This document shows, piece by piece, positions 1 through 11,021 of a DNA stretch of 64,000 bases. The stretch comes from Mytilus californianus (Eukaryota), in assembly GCF_021869535.1 (NCBI RefSeq), contig NW_026262581.1, forward strand, positions 5,828,001 through 5,892,000, in the 5' to 3' direction. The position numbers and the translations under genes were made by a program. Every line of letters begins with the position of its first letter. The first letter of the stretch is position 1. The notes below the pieces were generated by a model, which did no database searches, was not told where the DNA came from, and was given only the letters and a program-made list of their open reading frames with translations.

Positions 1-49
1 TCCAGGTTTTAATCCATTTCCAGTCTGCCAGAGTTTTGATAAACATATA

Positions 50-1473
50 CAGTGGCGGATCCAGAGGGGGCGTAGAGGGCGTACGCCCCCCCTTTGCTTG
101 CACTTTTTTTTTTTGTAAAATGATTAATCAGACTAGACTTCGTGAACTTTGCCATTTTCCGCGTATTTAATTTTATGCGGCAATTCTTTACTTATAAAGA
201 TATGTTTCGCTCGTATTTACTGTAATATATTATTGATTAAGTCAAAATCATGTGCCATTCGCTACGGTGGAGTTGACCAGTGCGTCGAAAAAACGTCACT
301 CAGTCATTTTGAAATTCAAATTACAGTAGCACATTGCTTAGGCTGAGGATGACAAGCATGACACCTTCAAAGCGACAAAGGATTGAGCAAGAGCGTATTT
401 ATTGACTTCTATTTCACAATTCCACCGAACAGAAAGAAATACTCTATTACACTTTCATGAAAAAAAAGTTCAGGAGCAATATTGTTTACCTACGAAAACA
501 TGTTTAACCCAACATGCCGCAGCTTATTAATAACATAGCTGAATAATGATCCCCAGTCAATAAGCTCTAGATAGATTTAAAGTCTAAGGTACGGACCATT
601 TGATTTGAGGGGGCAGTCTGAGATGTTTGAGAGAAAAAATTCTGACCCTGATTTTTGCCTTTAACAAAAATTCTGGCCGTATCTGGATTGAAAACAATAA
701 TCTTGTTCACTTTTTTTGCTATTAGAAACAAAAATTTCCAACAGAATTATTTAGCATTAAATGTACATGATGAATAAAAAAACGGGCGTAATTTTTTTGG
801 GGCCGTGGGTTTGCATGTAAATCCCATATCTGACCGGAATGTCTGTTTCGTCGAACTGATAAAATGAATACTTTTTCAAGGCCCGACTGCAACCTGCCTG
901 CTGGGTGTGGCCTTTATGTCTCCATTTGTCGACCGTCATTCATGTATTCGTTGTCATTTCAGACTCATTCGTAGCCTTTGGCTGATTTGAAACCCCTCAC
1001 TTCCCTTGTTGGGTGAAACATTTCAACCAAACATTTGGATAAAAATTTGTTGTTTGTCTTTTTTAACTCTTGTCGGTCGTATTGTAAATATCATTGAATA
1101 GCCCGGCGTATATCTTGTTTACAACAAGAAATCCGTGACGTTCTGCTAACTAAACATACAACAAACGAGAATTTTCCATGTCAATTTTTTACTGACAAGT
1201 CCCACATCAAATATATTAGTACATAGCTTTGGATCCATCCAATCATTTTATAATAGACAATTAATGGGGAGAATACGGCATCAAAAATGTCCAACCCTTA
1301 CACTTTAACTATAAAATATACATGCCTTACGTCAGGAACCGTTAAAAAAGTGCATTTTACACTTATTTTATGTTTTTTAGCCAAAAAAAGGTCCAAAAAA
1401 ATTTTCGCCTCGCTCCGCTCGGCAATCTTTACATACTTCGCCCCCCCTTTCCAAAATCTTGGATCCGCCCCTG
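50..1473. mobile_element. Non-autonomous DNA transposon/MITE-like element with 14-bp GC-rich TIRs
   Basis: CAGTGGCGGATCCA at 50-63 and TGGATCCGCCCCTG ending at 1473 are inverted repeats with 1 mismatch. ATATA flanks both sides and there is no coding capacity. A lone copy of the same end occurs near 37638. Confidence 0.5.
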
Positions 1474-1669
1474 ATATAAATGAAAACTACAGCTGATCCA
1501 TTATTACCAGACTTTATTGATTATAACTGAGGCTTCTATAACTACCGTTATAGTAAACAGCAGAAGAAGAAACGGAAGAAAATGAAAAAGAAGAAGACTG
1601 TTATTAGTTTAGAATCCAAACAGTAAGATTGTAATTAAATAAAACTAAACTGGCAAGTGGGTGTGGTAG

Positions 1670-1910
1670 GTTCATGTCTGTCATATTAGTTTTTCGTAAT
1701 TTGTTTTGTTATAAGTTAGGCCGATAGTTTTCTCAATTGAATTGTTTCATATTTTTCATGTCGGGGCTTTTTATAGCCGACTATACGGTATGGGTTTTTC
1801 TCGTTGTTGAAGGCCGTACGGTTGCCTATAATTGCTTATATCCACTTCATTTGCACTTTGATGGATAGTTGACTCATTGGCAATCATACCACATCTCCTT
1901 ATTTTTATAA
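1670..1910 (+). mobile_element. Dispersed retroelement 3' tail, family B
   Basis: Motif ttgttgaaggccgtacggttgcctata...gtctcattggcaatcataccacatctcctt recurs at about 6945, 15864, 16643(-), 31948(-) and 33224. Confidence 0.65.
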
Positions 1911-3999
1911 TACAAGATTGTAACGGAGACAAACTATTTTAATTTGTTTTTCATGATTTTTTAGCAACCTGTCTCCTCATAATAGTTTAAAAATAAATAT
2001 GTTTATCCCGACAGTAATCTTTAAAGTACTCAAAGTATTAACTCTGGACCAGCTTCGAAATTTTCAGTCCAGGTCCAGAGTCCGGTCCAGTCCGGGTTTC
2101 AGTGCGTACCCTTTTACTTTTATTATTAAACATATTATCAAAACATAAATAACTATTATCTTTTAAACTAATTTAGATATTAAGGTAGCCTGGAACTGAA
2201 AAAAAATGTGATTTAATGTCTTGATTTCGCTTGAATGAGGAATACATTTATCGTGATTCAAAATGGCATAATTTTGCCAGATGAGTGACTCAGTGGACTT
2301 TTCAATCATAACTTTTTTTTTTGTTTCCTTTAGTGAAATAAAAACGATATACAAAGAAAAAAATACAATCAAAGTGATTTAAGAAAATAACACCACTCTT
2401 CTATTTCGATGTTACAGACTACCAAAACAAAGTTGCAAGTGACACACTTAAAAAAAAACGCTCAAAATGATTGACTGAAAGCTTGCTCCTAGAATTAAAT
2501 CTGTGAATATAGAAAGCACTTAAGTCTCTAATATCGGTCGCTGTAATTCCAAATGTGTCTTACATTCATTGTTTGCAATGTTTTGGCAATAGTTTGTCAT
2601 GATCTACAAGACAAACAACTATAATTATATGATTAAGCTACATGTTCAGAAATATATTAGATCCTCAAATTAAAGTACACACGTGATTAAAAAAGTTTTG
2701 GAAAATGAATCGGTCTATCTCTTTAATCCATGCGTTGTTAAACAAGTGGCGAGTGCAAAAGCTGCCAACATAGTTAGCTAAAAATCCCACCCACCTCCCA
2801 ATCCACCCCCCAAAAATAAAGATAAGAAAAATTCTGCTGCTGTGTTCAAACTTTTCAGGTTTTAAAGTGATCGGATGCAGTTATGTAGAGCTGTAAAACA
2901 GATATGGATATACCGCCACTGGAAAAAACAGCTCTGACAGCATGACAAGAACGTGCCATATTGCCAGTGAATGAGACACCAGTTAATCGAATCGAATTCT
3001 TGTTTAATTGACATATTTTCAAAATTATTGACAGTTCATATTTTCAATATATATCTGTATGACTTTTAATTCAGTATTTTATCATTTCAAATTTGTTGTA
3101 AATTAAAAATAAATAAGTCGTTACAGTATAGCCAGCGGGATATGGCAAGATGAAAATGGAACATGTCCCCACATTGTACGCTAGCTTATATTTGGGGTTC
3201 TCTTCTGTGTTCCCACAGAGTTTAGCTTGGGTCTTCTTTGAAGAGACCGGTTCCTGAATTGGTCTCAGTTTGGAACTTAGGGTGTTCTCTTTGAATTTTA
3301 TAATTAATAAGCTGCAATGGAAACCAAAGAGTTCATGGGGGGAATATTTGCTACGTATCGGGGCTAATTTTTCATACGATCTCTCTATTTAGCATTTAAC
3401 GTAGAGGATTGTAGCTTGCATTGCCTACCAGTGAAGCACAGGCTTGCCAAAAATAATGGTTCGGCGGTTTGTACGTTCATCTTGCCTTATCTTGTCTGCG
3501 CAAAAAATTATTACTGTAGCCATATCATTCCAAATTCTAGATCTTTGTTGATTATATTTATCTATAGTTATATTCAGGATTCTGATTTAGCAGATATAAG
3601 GCTGATTTTCATTGTAAGAATGTAATGAGCGGTTATAAATTCTATAATTGACTATATATTATTGCTTTAATTATTTGGAGAATTTGGTGCTGATGGGAGA
3701 TTTTTAAGGCTTGCCGTGCTGTGTACTGACATTAGACCGTGACTTGTGACTACTGTAGAAGACTACATATTTACCGCTGGAAATCTTTGATTATTTGTGT
3801 TTGGGTGCTGTCTCATTGACGTATACACAACATCTTCTTTTTACAGTGAGGATCTAGTCAGAATTAAGCGTAACGACGAAATAGATTAATTCAAATTTTT
3901 CATAGTAAAGTTTCCATTTCTATACAGCAACATTTAAGAAGCACCTGATATTTTTTGTACTCTCCAAGTTAGTATAAATGGTTTTCCGGGGCATGTGTT

Positions 4000-4351
4000 T
4001 TCTATCGTGAGTTTCTTGATAGGAGTTGGTGATGACAACGAAGCTATTCTACCAATGGTTCTTAATGGTCAAGTTTAGTCCTTTACGGACTCCATATCAG
4101 GACTTGGGTTTACCGTTCTAACTTCACGAATATCTGTGTCGCAGATTATCACGGATATCTATCTTTTTGTTAGTTAGTATTTGTTCTTCGTGTCGATATA
4201 TTGGGTTAAGTCATTTGCAACTGATTTTTACAGTTTGTTGATGGATAATGTTGTGTTGTTACACTACTGTGTTCTCATTAGGAGAGAGTAGAGCTGGAAA
4301 CATGTTTAACTCCGCCACACTAATTCTATATGTACCGGCCCCACGTCAATA
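4000..4351 (+). mobile_element. Decayed Penelope-like RT C-terminal remnant followed by a degenerate twister-like motif
   Basis: 4000-4200 resembles the RT C-terminus at 8221-8353. 4280-4351 has GGAG...aacatgttTAA-CTCC-GCC-...-CCGG-CCCCACGT, a decayed version of 30551-30641. Confidence 0.45.
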
Positions 4352-5406
4352 GTCTGCAATTCAATGATTGTTGTTGGTTGCCCGGCGTCTTGTCTGTCAC
4401 AATTGTCACAGTATCGTATGTTGTTTTACTTTATGTCATTTCTTGTTCCTGTATGTTATTAATAAAAGTAGCTTTTTCTTATCAGAGTAGAAAAATTGTT
4501 TGTCCTGAGAAAAAAAAAAACATGCCTCCACACTTGAAAAGAGTAATGATTATTAATGGTCGGTGTGAGTAACAATTTATGTTCCTTCAATTCAGCAAGA
4601 TGTTAAATACTAATCGAGGCATACATTTATTTTTAATAGGTTTTATTATGGTTTCTTGTAATGTATGGCCGGCTTTGGGACTTCGATAATCGGTATCACT
4701 TGAAAGAGAACAACTAAAAATGGCATTAAAAATATTATTAAAAGCCGGAGGCCAGTTCGATAATAGGTCCAACTTCAAAGAGGACAGCTAAAAATTGTAT
4801 GAAAAATTTATTATGCCTCAGAGCCCATGTTCGAAAACATGTTAGTTTTGATCATATTTGTCTGAAAGTGTCAGCATTAGGCTGTATTTACGCGACTACA
4901 GAGTCAGTATTGGTTCCGACAGTGAGACATATAATACAAAATTGTATTATATATGTCTCTGTTTCCAATAATTCTAATTAAAATCAGAGACATATAATAC
5001 CAGAGACATATAATAATGTATTATATCACGGTCTCTGTTAAAATATATAAACAAATAATTTATTTTCATAGGGCTCATTTCAAGCGTATTAATCAAGTTA
5101 CAGATAAAGACAATACAGTATAATTATGATTTTTAATTCATATAACAAACAATAATTGTTCTATACTAAAAGGGGATAATACTCATTCAATACTACAGTT
5201 CGAATTTCGTGGGAGTATAAACTGTTTTCATTGGTGGATATAACACGTTCTCATCTAAAATTAGAAATTCTCATTAACGGTCATTTGCCATAATTCGTAC
5301 TCAAATAGGTAGATTTTTCGCTCATAAGACAAACTTGTGCAAAAACGAGAAAAATAAAAGAAAAACACGTTTTTCTTTTTATCAAGCACTTGGAAATCGT
5401 GAATCT

Positions 5407-5710
5407 GACATATTGAACACCTGGTGTATGCTGAACTGAATTGTAATAAATTAACTTGCATTTCTCAGGCCTGTATGCCAGCATACGAACCTGGTGTATG
5501 CTAAAGTCTACATTTGATTTATACATTGTATTTCTCAGGTCTGTATGCCTGCATACGAACCTGGTGTATGTTAAAGTATACATTTAATTTATGTATACAT
5601 TGTATTTCTCAGGTCTGTATGCCTGCATACGAACCTGGTGTATGCAGAACGGCAAATATTGAATCAAATGTTGTATTTCGCAGGTCTGTATGCTAGCATA
5701 CGAACCTGGG
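5407..5710 (+). repeat. Tandem array of about 70-bp palindrome-containing units (about 4 copies)
   Basis: cctggtgtatg recurs at 5420, 5490, 5560, 5634 and 5705. Each unit carries the near-palindrome caggtctgtatgc.gcatacgaacctg. Confidence 0.9.
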
Positions 5711-6019
5711 TGTTTCCAAAAAATCCTTTACTTCAGTAGTTGTGTTTTAACGCTGATTTCGATTTTTTTTTTTAAACTATAAGCCTACCACTGACCTCTA
5801 TATTTTCTCCCGATAGGTAAACAGAAAAGCGTTAATTTGCAAGGCAAACCGGTATTTTTAAAGCGTTTACTGTTGTAAATCTAAAAATGAAAACCGATTC
5901 TCAAGTTCCACGACTATGATCACTTTATTGACAAGACAGTTATCTGTTTTTTGCAAATTAAAATTACGGAAAAATGAGGCGATCATAATTTGTACAAGGT
6001 TCCAAGTTGTTGACAAAAT

Positions 6020-6410
6020 TTTAAATGACGTCAGGGACCTTCTGACGTAAGGCGGAGGGAATTATAGACGGATAGCACTTGACTTACGCGAGTTACTTTT
6101 TACCAGTACACTTAATTAAAATAATAGCAATTGATTACAAAACAAAATGTTTTTTTTATACTTTGTATTGGTAAATGATAAAAAGTCAAAGAACAAATGG
6201 ACTATTTATCTGCGTTGAATTACCTAATAACACCTTATGTCACGCACTCCTATATGACGTCATTTACAAATGTAAACAATGTGAATGATCAATGAAGGAG
6301 TTCCCGTAACGGAGAAGAAAATGGACAATTCATTGAAAAATACGCTCTATTATCTAAATTTTAATATACCAGAAGCAAAACAGAATGTCAGATACATTTA
6401 CGGTAAGTAA
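6020..6410 (+). promoter_or_regulatory. Promoter-like segment with CRE-type motifs and a strong splice donor
   Basis: TGACGTCA at 6026-6033 and 6255-6262, TGACGTAA at 6043-6050, an ATG in good context at 6321, and donor CG|GTAAGT at 6402/6403. The downstream partner exon is not established. Confidence 0.3.
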
Positions 6411-6779
6411 ACCTAGCTGTTTTTGTACATTTTCCACGAATTTCATAGAACACCCTCTGTTTTTAGAAGTGACTGACTGATTTAATCCGGCTTGAAAACT
6501 ATAATACAAGATTATTGATTACGCTAAGTTTGTTTTCTCAAGAGGTTTGTTCACTTCAATCAATTTCATGCTAGACATCATGTGGCGAAATTTACTGCTG
6601 TTTTACTATCAAGCTACCCCCCCCCCCCCCCCCCCCCCCCAAAAAAATAGCCTTGCAAGACGTCATAAGTATTTGGACTACCTATCCAGATTTTCAAAAT
6701 GCATGGCCAATGCCCTTCAGTTAACCCATTCAGGTCTTATTCTAACAACTTTTAGGGAAACAAAAGTCCAAGGTAAAAA

Positions 6780-7090
6780 GGGGGGGGGGGGTGAGCGCTC
6801 ACATGTTAAAACCGGCCACACTAGTCTTTATGTACCTGTCCCAAGTCAGGATCCTGTAGTTGAAGTTGTCATTGGTTCATGTATGTCGTATTTCTTTTTC
6901 GTAAATTATTTTGCTATAAATTATTGTTTCTTATTTTTCATGTTGGGTCCTTTTATCATCTGACTATACAGTATAGGTTTTTCTCATTGTTGAAGTCCGT
7001 ACAGTTGCCTATACTTGCTTACATCCACTTCATTTGGACTTTGGTGGATAGTTGTCTCATTTGCAATCATCCCACATCTCCTTATTTTTA
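6780..7090 (+). mobile_element. Short retroelement fragment: decayed twister motif plus family B tail
   Basis: TGAGCGCTCA-CATGTT-AAA..GCC..CCTG-TCCCAAGT-CAGG-A (6792-6851), followed by the family B tail. Confidence 0.65.
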
Positions 7091-8220
7091 CAAGGAGGTT
7101 GTATGATGTGTCCTTGTTTTGGAAAACTGTACAGTACATTTGTCACATGATCACTGCAGCATTCTGTGATGTGTGTATGTAAGAAGCTGTTACTGTAACA
7201 GGGTAATATGAAAAGCTATCAACAAAATCGAAAGACAGACAGAAAATTTTAAAATTTAGTGAGCAATAAAAAACAAAAAAAGAAGTAATTCAAACAAAGT
7301 AAACATACATTTATTGCGAAAGGATCAGAACAGCACATTTCAAGAGTGTTCAAATTAGAAAAATGAATGTTTATAAGGAAATGACATATTTCATTGATCT
7401 TCAATCAGATGCATGGCGACAAAAATACTTTCAAGGGAACGACTTCAATTCAACCACTAAGAACCCTTAGTTCATATAAATTCTAAAATCAGTAATTGTG
7501 ATAATGTTAAAGTTGTGAAGTGTATAATATTCACACATATATATAATATGTATATAATATGTAGTTTCCATTTCTCGTTTCAGCATTTTTCAAACAGTGG
7601 CTATACCTTTCATGTAACTATTTATGTGTTGCTTATGAATTGAATTGTAACACTTCTTAGTGACTGGATAGGTTAAACCAATGCCTTCCTAGAAAACTAC
7701 GACATCAATGAACAACACCTGACATTTTGCTGTTCCTGCTAATAAAGTAAAAATGGCTTCACTAGAAAAGGACGACACCTAGAACATGTAGAAAAAGCAT
7801 CAATTCTTTGGCTTTCCTGATTGAAGGATTTATTTTTACAACTCCAGTGTATAATATGCCATTATAAACAATTTTTACCATAGTATAATGCTATAAATTC
7901 ACTAATTTTCATATCTATTAGCTAATCCAGTTAGATATCGACTTATGATATGCAGTGAAGACAGATCATTGCAAATTGTTTACATTACCGATAATTAAAA
8001 TACATGTATGCATGTTTGGCATACATCTTTGTAAAGCAAATTGTATACAGACATCCCCCTAAAAGCATTAAAAAAAACCCAAGAACTTTGGCATACACCA
8101 TGTTGACAGGCAGAGATGCAAACACAATGACTTAAACACTTTGCTGTATCACTGTCTATTTAGTATGCATATTGCCAACTATATCAGATTTTAAGACAGT
8201 TTCATTTTCTCTCCATCAAT

Positions 8221-8651
8221 TTCTAACCAAGAGTTCCAAATGGTGAAGTTGAAATCATCCCTTCGTAAATTATACGGACGCCATCACGAGTTGGTTGACC
8301 GTTATGGAATAACCGTTTCACAGATGATATCGGATATGTTTCTTACGTCGTAACTACAATCCCCTTCCCTTTTCATGAATGTGACTTACCGAATTAGACT
8401 ATTTACCGGGTTTGTAATAGCATGAGCAACACGACGGGTGCCACATGTGGAGCAGGATCTGCTTACCCTTCCGGAGCACCTGAGATCACCCCCAGTTTTT
8501 GGTGGGGTTCGTGTTGCTCAGACTTTAGTTTTCTATGTTGTTTCTTGTGTACTATTAATATTTGTCTGTTTGTCTTTTTCTTGCCATGGTGTTGTCAGTT
8601 TATTTTCGATTTATGAGTTTGACTGTTCCTCTGGTATCTTTCGCCCCTCTT
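8221..8651 (+). mobile_element. 5'-truncated Penelope-like retroelement 3' end (RT C-terminus + 3'UTR)
   Basis: Translates NQEFQMVKLKSSLRKLYGRHHELVDRYGITVSQMISDMFLTS* (stop 8351-53), similar to the C-terminal region of the 28.9-30.2 kb RT. The tail is shared with 47703-47835 and about 52430-52640. Confidence 0.7.
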
Positions 8652-9364
8652 GACACAATGCTTGAAGTTACTAACTTAGAGCATGATGAAAAATAATAGT
8701 TTTACAATTTAAAATATGAATACATGTACAACATACAGCTGGTTAGAATGCAAACCATTCAGCTTGCTAAATATCCATTAAGTGCCACAAAATATGCAGA
8801 AATTTTAGACTGGAGGCAAACCCTACACAAATACACTAGCTCAATGAACACCAGCTTGGTTTGACAATACTAAAATGTATGTAAAACTATAATTTAATAG
8901 AACATAGGTGGGTATACAGGCAATCAAATCTTGTATATATCCAAGTAAAAAAAAAATAAGTGTTCACCGTACACCAGTGTTGTATGCAAGAATACCGTGA
9001 ACTGAAAATGTCAAACAAATATGCAAACTTTTATGTTCCAATGTGTATAGGACTATAGGTCGGTATGCCGACAATCAAACCTATGAATTCCATTTTTTTA
9101 CAAGAGTTTATTGAAAAGCGGGTTGATATACAGGAATAAACCCCTGAGTGTTGCAGTTAAGAATTGAGAGCTTTCTTTCAAATTCAAACGAAGTTGAAGG
9201 CTATACATAAGTAATTCCTTACATCGATGTAATTCGGCCTTTGACATGTTTGATGGAGATACATTTGTATGTCTCTTTCAAAATCATACACATCTCCTTA
9301 TTTTCTATGGGGGGTTGGTTATGCAAACATAAGTAAATAAGAAATGTTACTACACAGTAAATGC

Positions 9365-10015
9365 TTAGCATTCAGGCAGACAGACTTGCCAATACAAACA
9401 TGAATCCAGAATAAAATTTAAGAATTCATGCAGGCATACAAGTACCTGGCAGAAAAATGCCAAAATAAATAATAATTTGAGTCTATATGCAGGCATACAG
9501 ACCTGACAAATACTAATATACGCAGAAAGTGAGAGTTTAGAATACGCCAGGTCGGTATGCAGGCATACAGACTTGACAAATACTAGTATACGCATACATT
9601 GAGAGTTTAGCACACACCAAGTCAGTATGCTGGCATACAGACCTGACAAATTCTAGTATACATTTGTACACATAGAGTAAGAGTTAAGCATACACCAGGT
9701 CGGTATGCAGGCATACAGACCTGACAAATACTAGTATATGAATAGAGTGAGAGTTTAGCATACACCAGGTCGGTATGCTGGCATACCGACCTGACAAATT
9801 CTAGTATACACATAGAGTGAGCGTTTAGCATACACCAGGTCGGTATGCAGGCATACAGACCTGACAAATACTAGTATATGAATAGAGTGAGAGTTTAGCA
9901 TACACCAGGTCGGTATGCTGGCATACCGACCTGACAAATTCTAGTATACACATAGAGTGAGGGTTTAGCATACACCAGGTCGGTATGCTGGCATACAGAC
10001 CTGACAAATACAAGT
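9365..10015 (-). repeat. Tandem array of 70-bp units, inverted relative to 5407-5710, with a 140-bp higher-order dimer
   Basis: The tacaccaggtcggtatg core recurs at about 9542, 9612, 9691, 9761, 9831, 9901 and 9971. Units alternate A/B (gcag/gctg). Degenerate units extend back to about 8730. Confidence 0.9.
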
Positions 10016-11021
10016 AAGAGAAAAAAGACTGAATTTAGCATACTTTTCATTGAAACATCCGAAATAAAGATGGGCAAATGCTATGTTATGTATATATTTC
10101 AAAAATGGCATAAAAGTATAACAAAAATGCAGAATGAGTAATTTTTTAAGGTTTATTTGCTTCAACTATTTCCTGGGTGTTGAAATAGTTCATTCTAGCA
10201 TCCTATGAAAAAGGTTTATCATAAAATGATGAAGTTTTGGATTCGTATTTACAAAAAAAGACCACAAATCTTGCAAAAAAATGACAGACAAATATTAATA
10301 ATGCTATACAGTGACTTTTTAACGCGAAATATATCAATCACCCCAAAAGATGTAGCTTTTTCACACAAAAATCAGTTAAGTGGCATATGAGAATTTCTAA
10401 TTTTAGATGAGAACGTGTTCTATGAACACACCTCCCATGTTGCATTCTTATTCCTAGGAAACTAATTTTATGTGGCTCAAAAGACATTACTTTATTTCAA
10501 TAGAATTAGTATTCTGTAAATTGAAATGCAAATGCACCTAAAATATGCACAATTTAGAATGTTTATAAACAAAACACATTATTCTATTTGGTTGTCTCCC
10601 TTGATCCAGACTCAATTTATCTCCCTTTTTGTGTACAACCATGGCCTGTGTCCTGCAAATCTTCAGAACAAACGTCAATCCGTCAAAATTGAGGCTAACT
10701 GCAAACTGTCTTCCATTAATAAGTGTATGTTGAGGAGGTTTTTTTGTTGACATGATTGTTATTTGAACTAATGAATCTATTGAGAAGTCATTCACATTCC
10801 TGACCCCTAAACAGATTACCTAAAATCAACCAAGACATCTTGTTTTTAACTGTTTAACAGTTGTTGCTTACATTGACTTAGTATGTACACTAAACACACC
10901 CACCCACTAGAACTTGCATATTTTACAGACCCACCCTTCCTTGTCCCCTCTTTTAGTAGTATGGTGCTCAATTTCATTTTCAACAGCATTATATTTTATA
11001 GACGAATATTATATTAGTATA

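Larger units (their letters stand above)
5241..10420. mobile_element. 5.2-kb foldback-like non-autonomous DNA element with TIRs and inverted subterminal tandem arrays
   Basis: Perfect inverted repeat AACACGTTCTCATCTAAAATTAGAAATTCTCAT at 5242-5274 and 10387-10419. TA lies outside both ends (5239-40, 10421-22). The same 70-bp unit is arrayed in opposite orientations near each end. Confidence 0.65.

Noticed and set aside
4920-5040. Cluster of gagacatataata direct and inverted motifs
   Set aside because: Probably the interior of a small repeat, but its termini could not be defined.
6547-6963. 138-aa ORF with poly-Pro and poly-Gly
   Set aside because: It derives from C and G homopolymer runs and a repeat fragment.
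7584-7890. Possible exon or decayed zinc-finger coding remnant inside the foldback element
   Set aside because: There is an acceptor at 7583 and an FTRKGRHLEH-like stretch, but multiple stops and no recognisable domain.
8365-8430. Possible SECIS in the second PLE tail (ATGAA...AA...TGAG)
   Set aside because: Helix II pairs poorly by eye and no UGA-containing frame is associated.
8422-8653. ORFs MSNTTGATCGAG... and MPHVEQDLLTLPEHL...
   Set aside because: These are chance frames in the retroelement 3'UTR tail.
9365-10165. Overlapping minus-strand ORFs with a repeated ICQVCMPAYRPGVC peptide (also 5514-5696)
   Set aside because: These are translations of the 70-bp tandem array, with no coherent gene structure.
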